In this document: one piece after another, positions 19,065 through 28,569 of the stretch
Layout of the letters: the number at the start of each line of letters is the position of its first letter
Numbering within the stretch: the stretch's first letter is position 1
From: Desulfotalea psychrophila LSv54
GTDB lineage: Bacteria; Desulfobacterota; Desulfobulbia; Desulfobulbales; Desulfocapsaceae
DNA: 32,000 bases
Assembly: GCF_000025945.1 (NCBI RefSeq)
Contig: NC_006138.1
Span: forward strand, 1,170,001-1,202,000
Direction of reading: 5' to 3'
Notes under the pieces: model-generated
Databases searched by the model: none
Told to the model about the DNA's origin: nothing
Seen by the model: only the letters and a program-made list of their open reading frames with translations
Position numbers and translations under genes: made by a program

Positions 19065-19679
19065 ATGTCAGCCGAGAGTGCAGTGTCATTTTTATGTATT
19101 ATTTTTGTCTTTGCCATTACTCCCGGGCCGGGTGTCTTTGCCCTCTTGGCCAGGTCTCTCTCCTCTGGGATTAAGCCCTCTATTCATCTGGCCTTAGGTA
19201 TGGCTCTCAGTGATGTCTGTTATCTGGTTTTTGCCTGTTTGGGGCTTGCCGTTATTGCAGAACAGTGGGCTGGCCTCTTTATGCTTATTCGTATTGCCGG
19301 TGCTTTTTATCTGCTCTATCTGGGTTGGAAGATGTGGAACGCCTCTCCCGCGGCCATGGTAAAAGACAGTGGTAGTGCGCCTAAGGCGGTTAGAGGTCTG
19401 CTTCAGGGCTTTATGATCTCAGCCTCAAATCCCAAGGTTATTTTCTTTTATATAGCATTTTTACCCACTATTCTGGATCTTAACAGTTTGACAACCTTTG
19501 ATATAGCTTTGGCCTCGGTGATAACACTTCTGGGCCTTATGCTGGGGCTGATGACGGTTGCCATCTCTGCCTCCTCGGCCAGACGATTTTTTACCTCGAC
19601 CACGGCGGTTAAAAAGCTGAACCGTACCTCCGGTGGAATTATGATAGGGGCAGGCTGCTACCTCGGTCTTCATGGCTAA
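19065..19679 (+). CDS. LysE/RhtB family amino-acid exporter
   Basis: 204 aa; FAITPGPGVFALLARSLSSGIKPSIHLALGMALSDVCYL, GAFYLLYLGWKMW, SNPKVIFFYIAFLPTILD. Confidence 0.94.
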   Translation: MSAESAVSFLCIIFVFAITPGPGVFALLARSLSSGIKPSIHLALGMALSDVCYLVFACLGLAVIAEQWAGLFMLIRIAGAFYLLYLGWKMWNASPAAMVKDSGSAPKAVRGLLQGFMISASNPKVIFFYIAFLPTILDLNSLTTFDIALASVITLLGLMLGLMTVAISASSARRFFTSTTAVKKLNRTSGGIMIGAGCYLGLHG

Positions 19680-20100
19680 GGGGGAGTAGGCGGTTGCCCT
19701 TCCGCTACTACGGCCATCCCCAGCTTTTGTTTACTCTTCTCGCCCCTTACCCTCCTTCGTCTTTTCTCCGTTTGTAGACGTAGCAATTTTACGCTTCGCT
19801 AAAAACCCCATGTTCTCCGCTCAATAGGCCTCTACAGCCTCTCTTATAGGGGAAACCTGTCTTTTGCTATCTCTCTGAACTTGGCTCTTGTTTTCCGCTT
19901 TGCGGCAGAGTATGAGGACGTGGCAAAAGAGACAGGGGCTTATCAGGGCCGCCTGTTTTCTCCATGCCTTGGTGTAAAGAGTGGGGGAGGCATTGGTTGA
20001 AATTCAACTGGATCGGTTTTCTGTTTTTGTAATTATTTAAAAGTCATTCAGAGTATTTTGCATAGATTGTCAGTTCGACTATGACTCATGAGGAAGAAAT

Positions 20101-20853
20101 ATGCCGATAGAATATTATATATTTATAGCCATTTGCTGGGGATTGGGTGGTGTTATTACTGGTTTTGCCGGATTTGGTGCCGCCCTTATCGCCATGCCCA
20201 TTATTGCCATGGTGGTTCCCATGCATATAGCTGTTCCCTGCGGAACCATCGTTGCGTTTTTCATGAATATCCAAATGATCCGTAATTATTGGAGACATAT
20301 TGACTGGAAACGTCTGCTACCAATGGTATGCGCAACGCCTTTTGGCGCCTTTACTGGTGTCTCTTTTGCCCGTTCAGTGGATGGGGCCTATTTGCAGTTG
20401 GGCTTGGGCATTTTGCTGGCCTGTTTTTCCATTTGGGCCCTTCTTTTTGAAGAGAGAAAAGAACGTAGGCCTGTTCATAGAGCCTGGGGAGTTCTCGCCG
20501 GTTTTAGTTCTTCTGCCATAGGGAGTTCCATTGGTATGGGAGGGCCCCCCACCATTGTTTTTACCTCTCTTTCTGGTTGGTCAAAGGATAGGATTAAGGC
20601 AGGGATTTCCGGGTATTTTCTTGTTGCTGGTGCTGTCATGTTGTCATTTCAGATCTGGGCAGGATTGCAGAACACCTCCGCCCTCTTGGCTGCCTGTGTA
20701 AGCATCCCCACCATTTATCTGGGGATTCGCTTAGGTATCAACCTTTCCAAAAAGGTGGGGGAACGTTCCTATCGCAAGAATCTCTTTCGTATGCTCATTC
20801 TTTTTGCTGTGATCATTCTCTATAAGGCAATAACTCAGCTGTGGTTCTCCTAA
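20101..20853 (+). CDS. TauE/SafE family sulfite/anion exporter-like protein
   Basis: 250 aa multi-TM; GGVITGFAGFGAALIAMPI, SSSAIGSSIGMGGPPTIVFTS, YLGIRLG. Confidence 0.9.
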   Translation: MPIEYYIFIAICWGLGGVITGFAGFGAALIAMPIIAMVVPMHIAVPCGTIVAFFMNIQMIRNYWRHIDWKRLLPMVCATPFGAFTGVSFARSVDGAYLQLGLGILLACFSIWALLFEERKERRPVHRAWGVLAGFSSSAIGSSIGMGGPPTIVFTSLSGWSKDRIKAGISGYFLVAGAVMLSFQIWAGLQNTSALLAACVSIPTIYLGIRLGINLSKKVGERSYRKNLFRMLILFAVIILYKAITQLWFS

Positions 20854-21033
20854 CCATTTTGTTGTCTCTTTCCGAAAAGGGGTGGCCCTACCCTGCCTTC
20901 TGCTCTGGCAGATGGGGGGCACTCTCTGACACACCCAGGATAATTAGGTAACTTTTTTTTCTAGCCAATGGCAAACTTACGGGCTTTGCTCACGGACTTG
21001 CCATCAAAGAACAGCTTTTGACATTTGAAAAAA

Positions 21034-21059
21034 GCTGAGCTCAAGCAATAAGCGCAACA
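21034..21059 (+). repeat. Element end of the 26-bp terminal repeat family (left-type)
   Basis: GCTGAGCTCAAGCAATAAGCGCAACA. Confidence 0.6.
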
Positions 21060-21199
21060 CGTTTGCCAGTAAAACTGGAGCTGGTTTTATCCCATTTTTA
21101 ATGTTTTAGTTTAGAAGAATTACCTGGCGTAACTCGTTGTTTGAGGTTGTGAGTGACCGATTAGGCTAAGAAGAATTGTATTCTTCTTTGGCTATGGCA

Positions 21200-22345
21200 T
21201 TAAAGAAATTTCCTGAGCAGGAAGGCAAAGGGAATCGAGCCAATGGCGAAGACGTTGCAGATAATATAGGTTGTTTCCAGGCCAAAATTATCTCCTGACA
21301 GGCCGACAGCAAAGACAACCAGGGAGGTGATACTAAAGCTGATTGTCATATATATGCTATTCATAAATGTTGGCATATGGGTATTGGTATCCTGCACACT
21401 TGCCATAAGAACCGGGCCAGAAGATAAAAGAAACAAGCCCAAGAAGGCAAGTATATAAATACTACCAAAGTGGATAAAAAGCCCCATACAGAGAGCTGAA
21501 CCTATACTTGTTATTACCAGGGTATTTTTTCGACCTATTCGATCCGATAGATTTCCAGCAAAAAAAGCGCCCAACACACCAAAAAACTGGAGGATAGATA
21601 GAGAGAAACCTGCGTGCCAGAGACTCTCCCCCTGGCTTATGAGATAGACGGGCAGATAAAGGGTTAAAGCACTTTTCATCCCAGCCTGAAAGAACAGATA
21701 AGATGCTAATACCGTAAAAAACGGGGTGTATCTCTTGAGCAGTTTTCGTGTATCCCCCTTCTCTTTTGCTTTGCTAACTGGTCGATCAAAATCGAAATCT
21801 TTAAGTTTCAGATATAAGATAAAAGATGCGACAAGCCCTAAAGGCATGAGTTTATAGATACCCTCCAAACCCCAAAGAGAAACAGCTGCTGTTACCAGTA
21901 ATGGACCGATTGTTCGTGCTGATTCTCCGCCTACCATAAACCAGCTCATGCCTGTACCGATTCTGTTTCCAGAGGCTTCTTTTACCATCACTGGAGAGGG
22001 TACATGGAAAAGTGCCGAACTTATGCCGGACACGAATAACAGAATAAAAAGGATGGTGTAGGATGAGGCAAGGCCAATCAAGCTCATTGCTATTGCGGTG
22101 ATTGCCGGGGTAAAAATGACAAAATATTTTACCTCTGTTTTTTCAGCAAGCAGACCAAAAAATGGATTAAAAAGTGTCGGTATCCTTCTGGCAATCTCTA
22201 ATAAAGCACTTGTTGATAAAGACATGCCGAGCTTTTCGATCAAAAGGGGCAATAATGGTGCTAAAAATGCTGAATATGTGTCATGTAACATATGTGCAGC
22301 AGAAATAGTAAATACGTCTGATTTTCTGAATTTTTTGTAGTTCAT
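21200..22345 (-). CDS. Major facilitator superfamily transporter (fosmidomycin-resistance-like)
   Basis: 381 aa, about 12 TMs; HMLHDTYSAFLAPLLPLLIEKLG, FHVPSPVMVKEASGNRIGTGMSWFMVGGESARTIGP, GNLSDRIGRKNTL. Confidence 0.9.
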   Translation of the reverse strand: MNYKKFRKSDVFTISAAHMLHDTYSAFLAPLLPLLIEKLGMSLSTSALLEIARRIPTLFNPFFGLLAEKTEVKYFVIFTPAITAIAMSLIGLASSYTILFILLFVSGISSALFHVPSPVMVKEASGNRIGTGMSWFMVGGESARTIGPLLVTAAVSLWGLEGIYKLMPLGLVASFILYLKLKDFDFDRPVSKAKEKGDTRKLLKRYTPFFTVLASYLFFQAGMKSALTLYLPVYLISQGESLWHAGFSLSILQFFGVLGAFFAGNLSDRIGRKNTLVITSIGSALCMGLFIHFGSIYILAFLGLFLLSSGPVLMASVQDTNTHMPTFMNSIYMTISFSITSLVVFAVGLSGDNFGLETTYIICNVFAIGSIPFAFLLRKFL

Positions 22346-22514
22346 GTTTGTCCGTTAGTTTTTGCAGTTTTTCTGTATGGTTAAGCCATCTCACTATACA
22401 TTAAGAAAATACAATTAACTACCGTCCTAATTGATTTTTATTCCCCTCTTTTATCGCCCATCATCTTCACTCATTGATTGCTCTAGACCTAAACTCCTCT
22501 GATATATGTGCACG

Positions 22515-23271
22515 GCTGGATTAGTACAATAAGTGCAATAGTCTGCTGAGGTGGGTGATCCTCCCCCCTCTGCACCCATGCCTCACTAAGGGAGACCTCG
22601 GCAGTAGCATCAATTATTGACTTGTTCTCAAAATGAGCATGCCGTATCCTGCTGGTGTGGTGCCCTGAAGATTTCTGAATTTCGTAGATGTTAGATGTGG
22701 CAGGGTAGGGACTGATGATAGGGAGGTTGTGCGTCTGGTTTAAGGTGAAGCGGCAGATAATAGTTACGATCGGAAACAAAAAAAGGCACTTACAGGAAAA
22801 TCCCATAAGTGCCTTTACCAGTGGTGGAGGTTGGAGTAAACCGTTTAACTGCTCCTTGGAATTCTTACATAAAATCACTTTAAGTCTATCTTGCAGCTTG
22901 TAAGGTAGATTCATCCCAGGACCAATCTTTCCTGTAATACCCTTCCTCGGTTATCATATGCTCTGCTTTTGTAGACTATTTGCAACCATAAAACAGTCTG
23001 CTGGAGATCTCTTGCCGATCACCTCTATTACTTATAATGAGACCTGGGAGCGCTTGACCGGTGTGGCGTTTATGGGTCTTTTTATTGATAATTTGAACTG
23101 TGATTTTAGGCGATTATGGAGCGTTCGAAGGGGATTTTCTGTTGGGGACATAATGCTTCTTGTTACAAAGGGCATGGGGGGGGGCGTACTGTCTTGCGGG
23201 ATGTTGTGGGGCAACTTATTCACTATACGTAATATTATGTTTAAGACGCTGTCATGTTGTACTGATTTAGC
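22515..23271. mobile_element. Degenerate repeat element A (~757 bp) bounded by 26-bp family ends
   Basis: Left end GCTGGATTAGTACAATAAGTGCAATA (22515-22540); right end degenerate TGTCATGTTGTACTGATTTAGC (23250-23271); internal segments repeat elsewhere in the window. Confidence 0.5.
22782..22816. repeat. Perfect 11-bp-stem hairpin inside repeat segment
   Basis: AAAGGCACTTA (22782-22792) ... TAAGTGCCTTT (22806-22816). Confidence 0.7.
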
Positions 23272-23358
23272 ACTTAATAAGTTCAAAAAATGTTTTCCCA
23301 TGCTGAAAGCATCCCCAGCATCAGAGAGCAGGGGATGCTTGATTGAGCAGCTTAGAGT

Positions 23359-24453
23359 TTACATGCCGACAGATAAGGCCTGAAGTGTTTCAATGGTCAA
23401 ATACTTGGTTACGGAAAGTTTTTTAGCTGCCTGAAATTTATTGACAGCTTTCATGGTTTGACTTCCGATCACGCCATCAATGGAACCTGGATTATAACCG
23501 GCTTTAAGCAGGGCCCGTTGAACTTGGCTGATCTTTACCTGAGTCATATTGGTCGCACAAAGGATCTGCGTCCATTCTAAATGACCGGCATTGGTCATTA
23601 CCCGTCGTTGAACGGTTTCATAAACAGCAGGCTGGGTGACTTTTTCAGACGTGGCTGAAGAGACCATTCGGGTGACGTTTACCTTGCCGTATTCAGCCGG
23701 AATAACGATTTCCTTAGTTACAGGAGGTGTAACCAGGACTCGTTTTTTGATAATTTTTGTTACGGCCGGCTGGATGACTTCACGGGTGGTTGCCTCGGTT
23801 TTTAATACCTGTTTGCTAATGGTTTTGTAAACAGCAGGTTCGGTAACCAGGCACATGATTTCACCTGTAGTTTCGTTTACCTTCTGGATCGGTCCTGTCC
23901 CCTTTTTCCATTCTGTGTGGGCTGCTCGTACCAGAACCTTTTCAGTTATTGTTTTGTAAACCGCAGGAACAGCGACTAGCATTGTTTTGGCTGGAGAAAC
24001 CATCTTGGTCTCTTCGATCCATTTATACTGAGCCGGTTCTACGATCAGTTTCGTGCTGGCTTCCTTTGCCAGTACCGTCTCTTCAACGGTTTCGTAACGG
24101 GCCGGAATAATTTTAATTTTTTCCTTAGGGTCATGAGTTAGAACCGTTTCGGTTTCAAAAGTATATTTACTGGGGATGAAAATCCGAGCATAGCATTCCC
24201 CGGATTTTGCGTTGGGAGGAAACAGGTCTGAGGTTCCCATCATTTTTTGTTTTTTCTGGGCCATGGCCAGTTCCTGTTCCTTCTGGGTCAACATCTGCTG
24301 CTGTGCTGTAAGTGACTGTTCCTGTTCTTCAATCGCTGCCATTTTTTGTGTCATGGTGTTGTCTGTTTTCGGGGTCGTGGCGCATGCCGACAAGGTCAAC
24401 GCACACATCACCATAAGCCCGCCCGTGAAAAATGATTTCGTCTTGATTTCCAT
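23359..24453 (-). CDS. Lipoprotein with tandem P-A-x-Y-x-x-[VI] repeats and C-terminal peptidoglycan-binding domain (PG_binding_1-like)
   Basis: 364 aa; lipobox LTLSAC; modules such as IIPARYETVEETVLAKEA, VEPAQYKWIEETKM, AVPAVYKTITEKVLVRAA, TEPAVYKTISKQVLKTEA, TQPAVYETVQRRVM; C-term VSKVQRAL-type LLKAGYNPGSIDGVIGSQTMKAVNKFQAAKKL. Confidence 0.87.
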   Translation of the reverse strand: MEIKTKSFFTGGLMVMCALTLSACATTPKTDNTMTQKMAAIEEQEQSLTAQQQMLTQKEQELAMAQKKQKMMGTSDLFPPNAKSGECYARIFIPSKYTFETETVLTHDPKEKIKIIPARYETVEETVLAKEASTKLIVEPAQYKWIEETKMVSPAKTMLVAVPAVYKTITEKVLVRAAHTEWKKGTGPIQKVNETTGEIMCLVTEPAVYKTISKQVLKTEATTREVIQPAVTKIIKKRVLVTPPVTKEIVIPAEYGKVNVTRMVSSATSEKVTQPAVYETVQRRVMTNAGHLEWTQILCATNMTQVKISQVQRALLKAGYNPGSIDGVIGSQTMKAVNKFQAAKKLSVTKYLTIETLQALSVGM

Positions 24454-24521
24454 GGTACCCTCCTTTTGTGAGATTATTGTCTACTCTTGCCTTGAGCTGC
24501 TCACATCAAACGAACACGAAA

Positions 24522-24705
24522 GCTGAGCTCAAATAATAAGTGCAACATTGCTACCAGCAAAGACTTCCATCGGAGTTAGATCTCCCAACACTTTTCTTAA
24601 AGTTAGGTTTAAACAGACCTTTGTTTGAAGTGTAGGAGCGGAAAATAGCTCCCGCTCACTCACTTTTTAAATTTTAGCCTGTTGCACTTATTGTATTACT
24701 CCAGC
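24522..24705. mobile_element. 184-bp MITE-like element
   Basis: Ends GCTGAGCTCAAATAATAAGTGCAACA (24522-24547) and TGTTGCACTTATTGTATTACTCCAGC (24680-24705): 20/26 inverted match, including 13 perfect bases AATAAGTGCAACA. Confidence 0.7.
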
Positions 24706-24830
24706 CCAAGTTAAGCAAAAAAAAATCATTTGTTATTTCTTCTTCTGATACTGTTGTCACAGCAATTTTTTTTGGCCAATGGTGTATGAGGCGTTCGTTG
24801 GTATGGTGCTTAGATTTTCGTGTCAGTAAC

Positions 24831-25035
24831 TGCCTTGTAGCATAAATCATGAAGGAATAAAATCAACTCCCCTCTACTTCATTCCATCTTAGCAAACAAC
24901 CTCTCGAACAGGAATTCTTAAAGCATTAATTTTATTCAAAGCCTTGATTACAGATGACTTACCTGCTTGACCCTTATGTTTCCTGAGGCTTAGTTTATCA
25001 CCTATTAACTACTTGTAGCGAGTTGATAAGCATAA
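24831..25035 (-). pseudogene. IS5-family transposase 3' end fragment with element terminus (copy 2)
   Basis: DNA alignable over about 200 bp to 28869-29075, including TGCCTTGTAGCATAAATCATGAAGGAA and CATTCCATCTTAGCAAACARCCTCTCGAACAGG. Confidence 0.75.
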
Positions 25036-25131
25036 CAAAATTGTGTTAGGAATTGGGTAGGGGGAGAGGCTGTTTGGGTAGGGTAAGGCAAAATTTAGCA
25101 AGGGATGCCGAGGACGACTGGACATTAATCA

Positions 25132-25310
25132 AAAGAGGCACTTACAGGGAAATCTCATAAGCGCCTTTATCAGTGGTGGAGGTTGGGGAAAACCGTTGAA
25201 CTGCCTCTTTGTAATTGTTAGATATATTTTTATTTAAGTCGATGTCATAGCTTGCAAAATAGATTCATTTCAGAATCAATCTTTCTCGTAATACCTGCCC
25301 TTGTTGCCAA
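25132..25310. repeat. Second copy of repeat segment found at 22780-22960
   Basis: Shared GGCACTTACAGG.AAAT....ATAAG.GCCTTTA.CAGTGGTGGAGGTTGG...AAACCGTT.AACTGC and GCTTG.AA..TAGATTCAT..CAG.A.CAATCTTTC. Confidence 0.7.
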
Positions 25311-25572
25311 TTTTATTTATTACTTAGGATAGGGATTCTCGGCTACGATTGAAGCTTGACCCGTGGAACGCTTCAATGTTGATAGGTTAAGGTCTTTCTC
25401 ACTTTATAGTACCTTGCAAAGGTCTTGTTTGTTGTGACGCAATGTTGCATAATTTTAGTGGCACGGCAGTAGTCAAACCAGGTTGGATCGAATGAAGTAG
25501 TTGGGTGTCCATATAGCACATCTGACTGGTATAGGTGATTAGGGCGCATTGGTAGCGGCTATGGGAGGGGTT

Positions 25573-26046
25573 ATGCAGGCTATTACGTTAAAGATAGTTC
25601 AGGAACTTATCGAGTCATTTTATGAGCTTAATGCTGGCAGAGCTCTGCTCAGAGATTTCCTGCCCATTTTGGATCACGAAGGTTTTTTTATGGAACTTGC
25701 GGGTACGGATATCCGTTTTTTGGGAATAGCCGGACTGGCCGATCACCAGATGGGCAAGCTGATATTTTTTGATCAAAAGTTTATTCTTCTCGATATCGAA
25801 GTAAAGTTGGACGGAGACACCGCTTTGGCTCAGACTAATGCTGAATGGCATGCATCGACATGGAGCAGCCCCGACCCTTACAGCCATCGTATAAAAGTCG
25901 CCCTGCTTCATACATGGCACGTGGGTCGCGCCAAGGATGATTCCCGACCTATCCTTCTGGGTCACGTGTGTGAAGAGTTTCACTATCTGCCCGGCTTTGC
26001 ACCTAAGGAACAGGCAAAGGAGTTCCATTTAACTCAGGAGAGTTGA
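25573..26046 (+). CDS. Hypothetical protein
   Basis: Uninterrupted ORF, likely start MQAITLKIVQELIESFYELNAGRALL...; soluble-looking composition, ends KEFHLTQES; no family recognised. Confidence 0.55.
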   Translation: MQAITLKIVQELIESFYELNAGRALLRDFLPILDHEGFFMELAGTDIRFLGIAGLADHQMGKLIFFDQKFILLDIEVKLDGDTALAQTNAEWHASTWSSPDPYSHRIKVALLHTWHVGRAKDDSRPILLGHVCEEFHYLPGFAPKEQAKEFHLTQES

Positions 26047-26132
26047 TTCGTTAAGACCATTTCCTTTGCCGAGTCGATATCTCCCTGCAGTTCTAATGCT
26101 TTGACTCTTTTAACCATAACATACACCAGATG

Positions 26133-26571
26133 GCTGGATTGTTACAAAAAGTGCAATAAGCTGCGCTGAGGATGCAAAAGAATCCTAGCCAAGTAGGCCA
26201 CCCATTCAGGCAATGTTTTTCTTGTACCCTATTAGGCCCTAGCCTTGCCAAGGGTCACCTCATCTGTAGCATCAAGTATAGTCTTATCCTCAAAATGAAC
26301 GAATGCATTTCGTTGGTATGATGCCCTAAAGCTTTTGAATCTCGCAGAGAGAGGAACTATTGTCGGCCGCAATACTTGCAAATATATGTCGGAAATCGTG
26401 AATCCGTAGATGCTCAAGGCCTGCCAGTGTACGAGGAGCTGAATATTCTTCTGGGGGTAGTCAGATGACCGACACCACTACGCCCAGTAGAGATAGAGTT
26501 GTGCTTTCTTCCCATCGTTTGTTGGGGGACTCTCTCCTGTATTGAGTGTTGCCCTTATTGCTTAAACTCAG
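26133..26571. mobile_element. 439-bp repeat element C with 26-bp family ends, directly upstream of glk
   Basis: Left GCTGGATTGTTACAAAAAGTGCAATA (26133-26158); right TGTTGCCCTTATTGCTTAAACTCAGC (26546-26571); internal segment homologous to element A. Confidence 0.65.
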
Positions 26572-26607
26572 CTGTGTTTACAGTATACGTGTTTATGGAG
26601 GATTACA

Positions 26608-27606
26608 ATGATACTTGCCGGTGATATCGGTGGTACAAAAACAAATCTAGCGCTTTACACCTGTTCATGTCCGGCGGGTAATGGCTCATTGATCGATAGC
26701 TCAGCAAAGACCTATTTGAATGCAGATTTCGCCAGCGGCGAAGAGTTGGTGTGTGGCTATCTGGCAGGCATCGACACTACAATTAAAAGGGCGGTATTCG
26801 CTGTGGCCGGGCCGATACGGGATGGGCAGGTAAAAATCACCAATCTGCCTTGGCTGATAAGTGTAGAACAGTTAAGCGTTGCGACGGGTATCGCGACAAT
26901 TCACCTGATGAACGATTTGGAGGCGACCGCGTACGCTGTGCCTTTTCTTTCGCGGGACGAGTTGTACACCCTCAATCAGGGGATATCGGTAGAGAGGGGA
27001 AATATTGCTCTTATTGCCCCGGGGACAGGACTGGGGGAGTCCTTCCTGACATGGGAAGGGACGCGTTATAGTGCCCATGCCACAGAGGGGAGTCATGTCG
27101 ATTTCGCCCCCACCAATGCGCTTCAGATAAAACTGCTGGATTATCTGCTCAGGGGCTATGAGCATGTGAGCTATGAACGGATCTGTTCGGGAATAGGAAT
27201 TCCCAATATCTATGGCTTTTTGAAACACAGCCAGAACATTGAGGAGCCGGAATGGCTACGCGAGCAACTCTCACAGGAGAAAGACCACACCGCTGTGATA
27301 GTCAATGCCGCTCTCGATGCTCAACGGCCATGCCCCATCTGCAGGATGACAGTTGAAATTTTTCTCTCAGTTCTCGGTGCGGAGGCGGGGAATATCGCTC
27401 TGAAAGTTATGGCGGCTGGCGGTGTGTATGTGGGAGGAGGTATTGTTCCCCGCATTCTGTCTTTGTTAGGAAACGGCCTCTTCATGGAAACCTTTAACAG
27501 TAAGGGGCGAATGTCCGAACTCCTGGTCGACGTTCCGGTACATATAATTCTCAATCCTAAAGTTGCGGTTTTTGGCGCTGCGCGTTACGGGATGGAAATT
27601 TGTTGA
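26608..27606 (+). CDS. glk: Glucokinase (bacterial Glk family)
   Basis: 332 aa; LAGDIGGTKTNLALYTC, VAGPIRDGQVKITNLPW, LMNDLEATAYAVPFL, ALIAPGTGLGES, GSHVDFAP, GGGIVPRIL. Confidence 0.95.
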   Translation: MILAGDIGGTKTNLALYTCSCPAGNGSLIDSSAKTYLNADFASGEELVCGYLAGIDTTIKRAVFAVAGPIRDGQVKITNLPWLISVEQLSVATGIATIHLMNDLEATAYAVPFLSRDELYTLNQGISVERGNIALIAPGTGLGESFLTWEGTRYSAHATEGSHVDFAPTNALQIKLLDYLLRGYEHVSYERICSGIGIPNIYGFLKHSQNIEEPEWLREQLSQEKDHTAVIVNAALDAQRPCPICRMTVEIFLSVLGAEAGNIALKVMAAGGVYVGGGIVPRILSLLGNGLFMETFNSKGRMSELLVDVPVHIILNPKVAVFGAARYGMEIC

Positions 27607-27782
27607 GGCCTAGTCAATCCAAATCAACAATCTGTTTTTGCAAGATAAATTCTGGAGTAGTGCAAGAAATTGCATTATCAGCGTACTTGTGGCTACGACC
27701 ACGTTGTCCTGATACCGTGGTACTGTTCCAATCCAGATTGACCATCCAAATATAGTCATTTATTTAGATGGTCAAATTCATC

Positions 27783-28535
27783 TTAATAGAGTTTTGCTTC
27801 TATACTGGTAATTGTTCGATATTTCAGGTCAGCTTGAATTTCATCAGCTTTTGATATTTCTTTGACCACCACGACTTGCCGACTACCTTTGCGTACGGTT
27901 TTAATTTTTTCTGAACCTATCGCAACGAAAAGATTTTTAGGCAAAACCTCCCCTGATTCTGTGACAAGCTGTTCTATAAATGGATGTTTACAGAAGGTTT
28001 CAACACTAAGAGTAGTCCCGGGATTTCCAAGGTGGTACCAGCCTCGATATCTTCCGTCGTTTCCGGTAAGTCGTAAACCAACTCCAGCAATTGCGCCAAT
28101 AATACCATCACCTGTACCTCCGTGTTCTGACAGATGTATGCCAATTTTATCTGCGAGATTGTAGGCCAGATCTTTTGAGAGAACCCTTCTCTTCGCTGCC
28201 TTGCCAAAGTCCAATAAAGCTTGGTTTGCGAGTACATCAGATTTGCGTGCAACACAAAGACCAGGATCTGATCCGTCCATAGCACGGTCTTTGATAAAAC
28301 TTATTATTGTATTGATTGCTGAAGGAAGATCATTTTGAACTAAGTTCATTTCAAAACACATTGATGAGTTGTGTGAAGTGTATGGAATATCTTTGTGAAC
28401 AAAAAGTTGGTGACGACTGATGGGGGAACTGTTTGAAATGATACCTTCCATATGTTCACACATATCCTGCACAAGCCAACCAGTACCTTTGGTTCCCGGC
28501 ATATCGGTATCATCAATACACACTAAATAATCCAT
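27783..28535 (-). CDS. TiaS-like DDTD-motif protein (related to tRNA-Ile2 agmatinylcytidine synthase N-terminal region)
   Basis: 250 aa; MDYLVCIDDTDMPGTKGTGWLVQDM, RHQLFVHKDIPYTSHNSSM, EHGGTGDGIIGAIAGVGLRLTGNDGRYRGW; no C-terminal CxxC zinc-ribbon. Confidence 0.72.
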   Translation of the reverse strand: MDYLVCIDDTDMPGTKGTGWLVQDMCEHMEGIISNSSPISRHQLFVHKDIPYTSHNSSMCFEMNLVQNDLPSAINTIISFIKDRAMDGSDPGLCVARKSDVLANQALLDFGKAAKRRVLSKDLAYNLADKIGIHLSEHGGTGDGIIGAIAGVGLRLTGNDGRYRGWYHLGNPGTTLSVETFCKHPFIEQLVTESGEVLPKNLFVAIGSEKIKTVRKGSRQVVVVKEISKADEIQADLKYRTITSIEAKLY

Positions 28536-28569
28536 AACGTTCCTTTATGTTGAGCAATTTGTTAAACTA

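Noticed and set aside
22958-23383. 141-aa plus-strand ORF as a gene
   Set aside because: Overlaps repeat element A and the end of the minus-strand lipoprotein gene; composition is unconvincing and similar DNA at other copies is not conserved as this frame.
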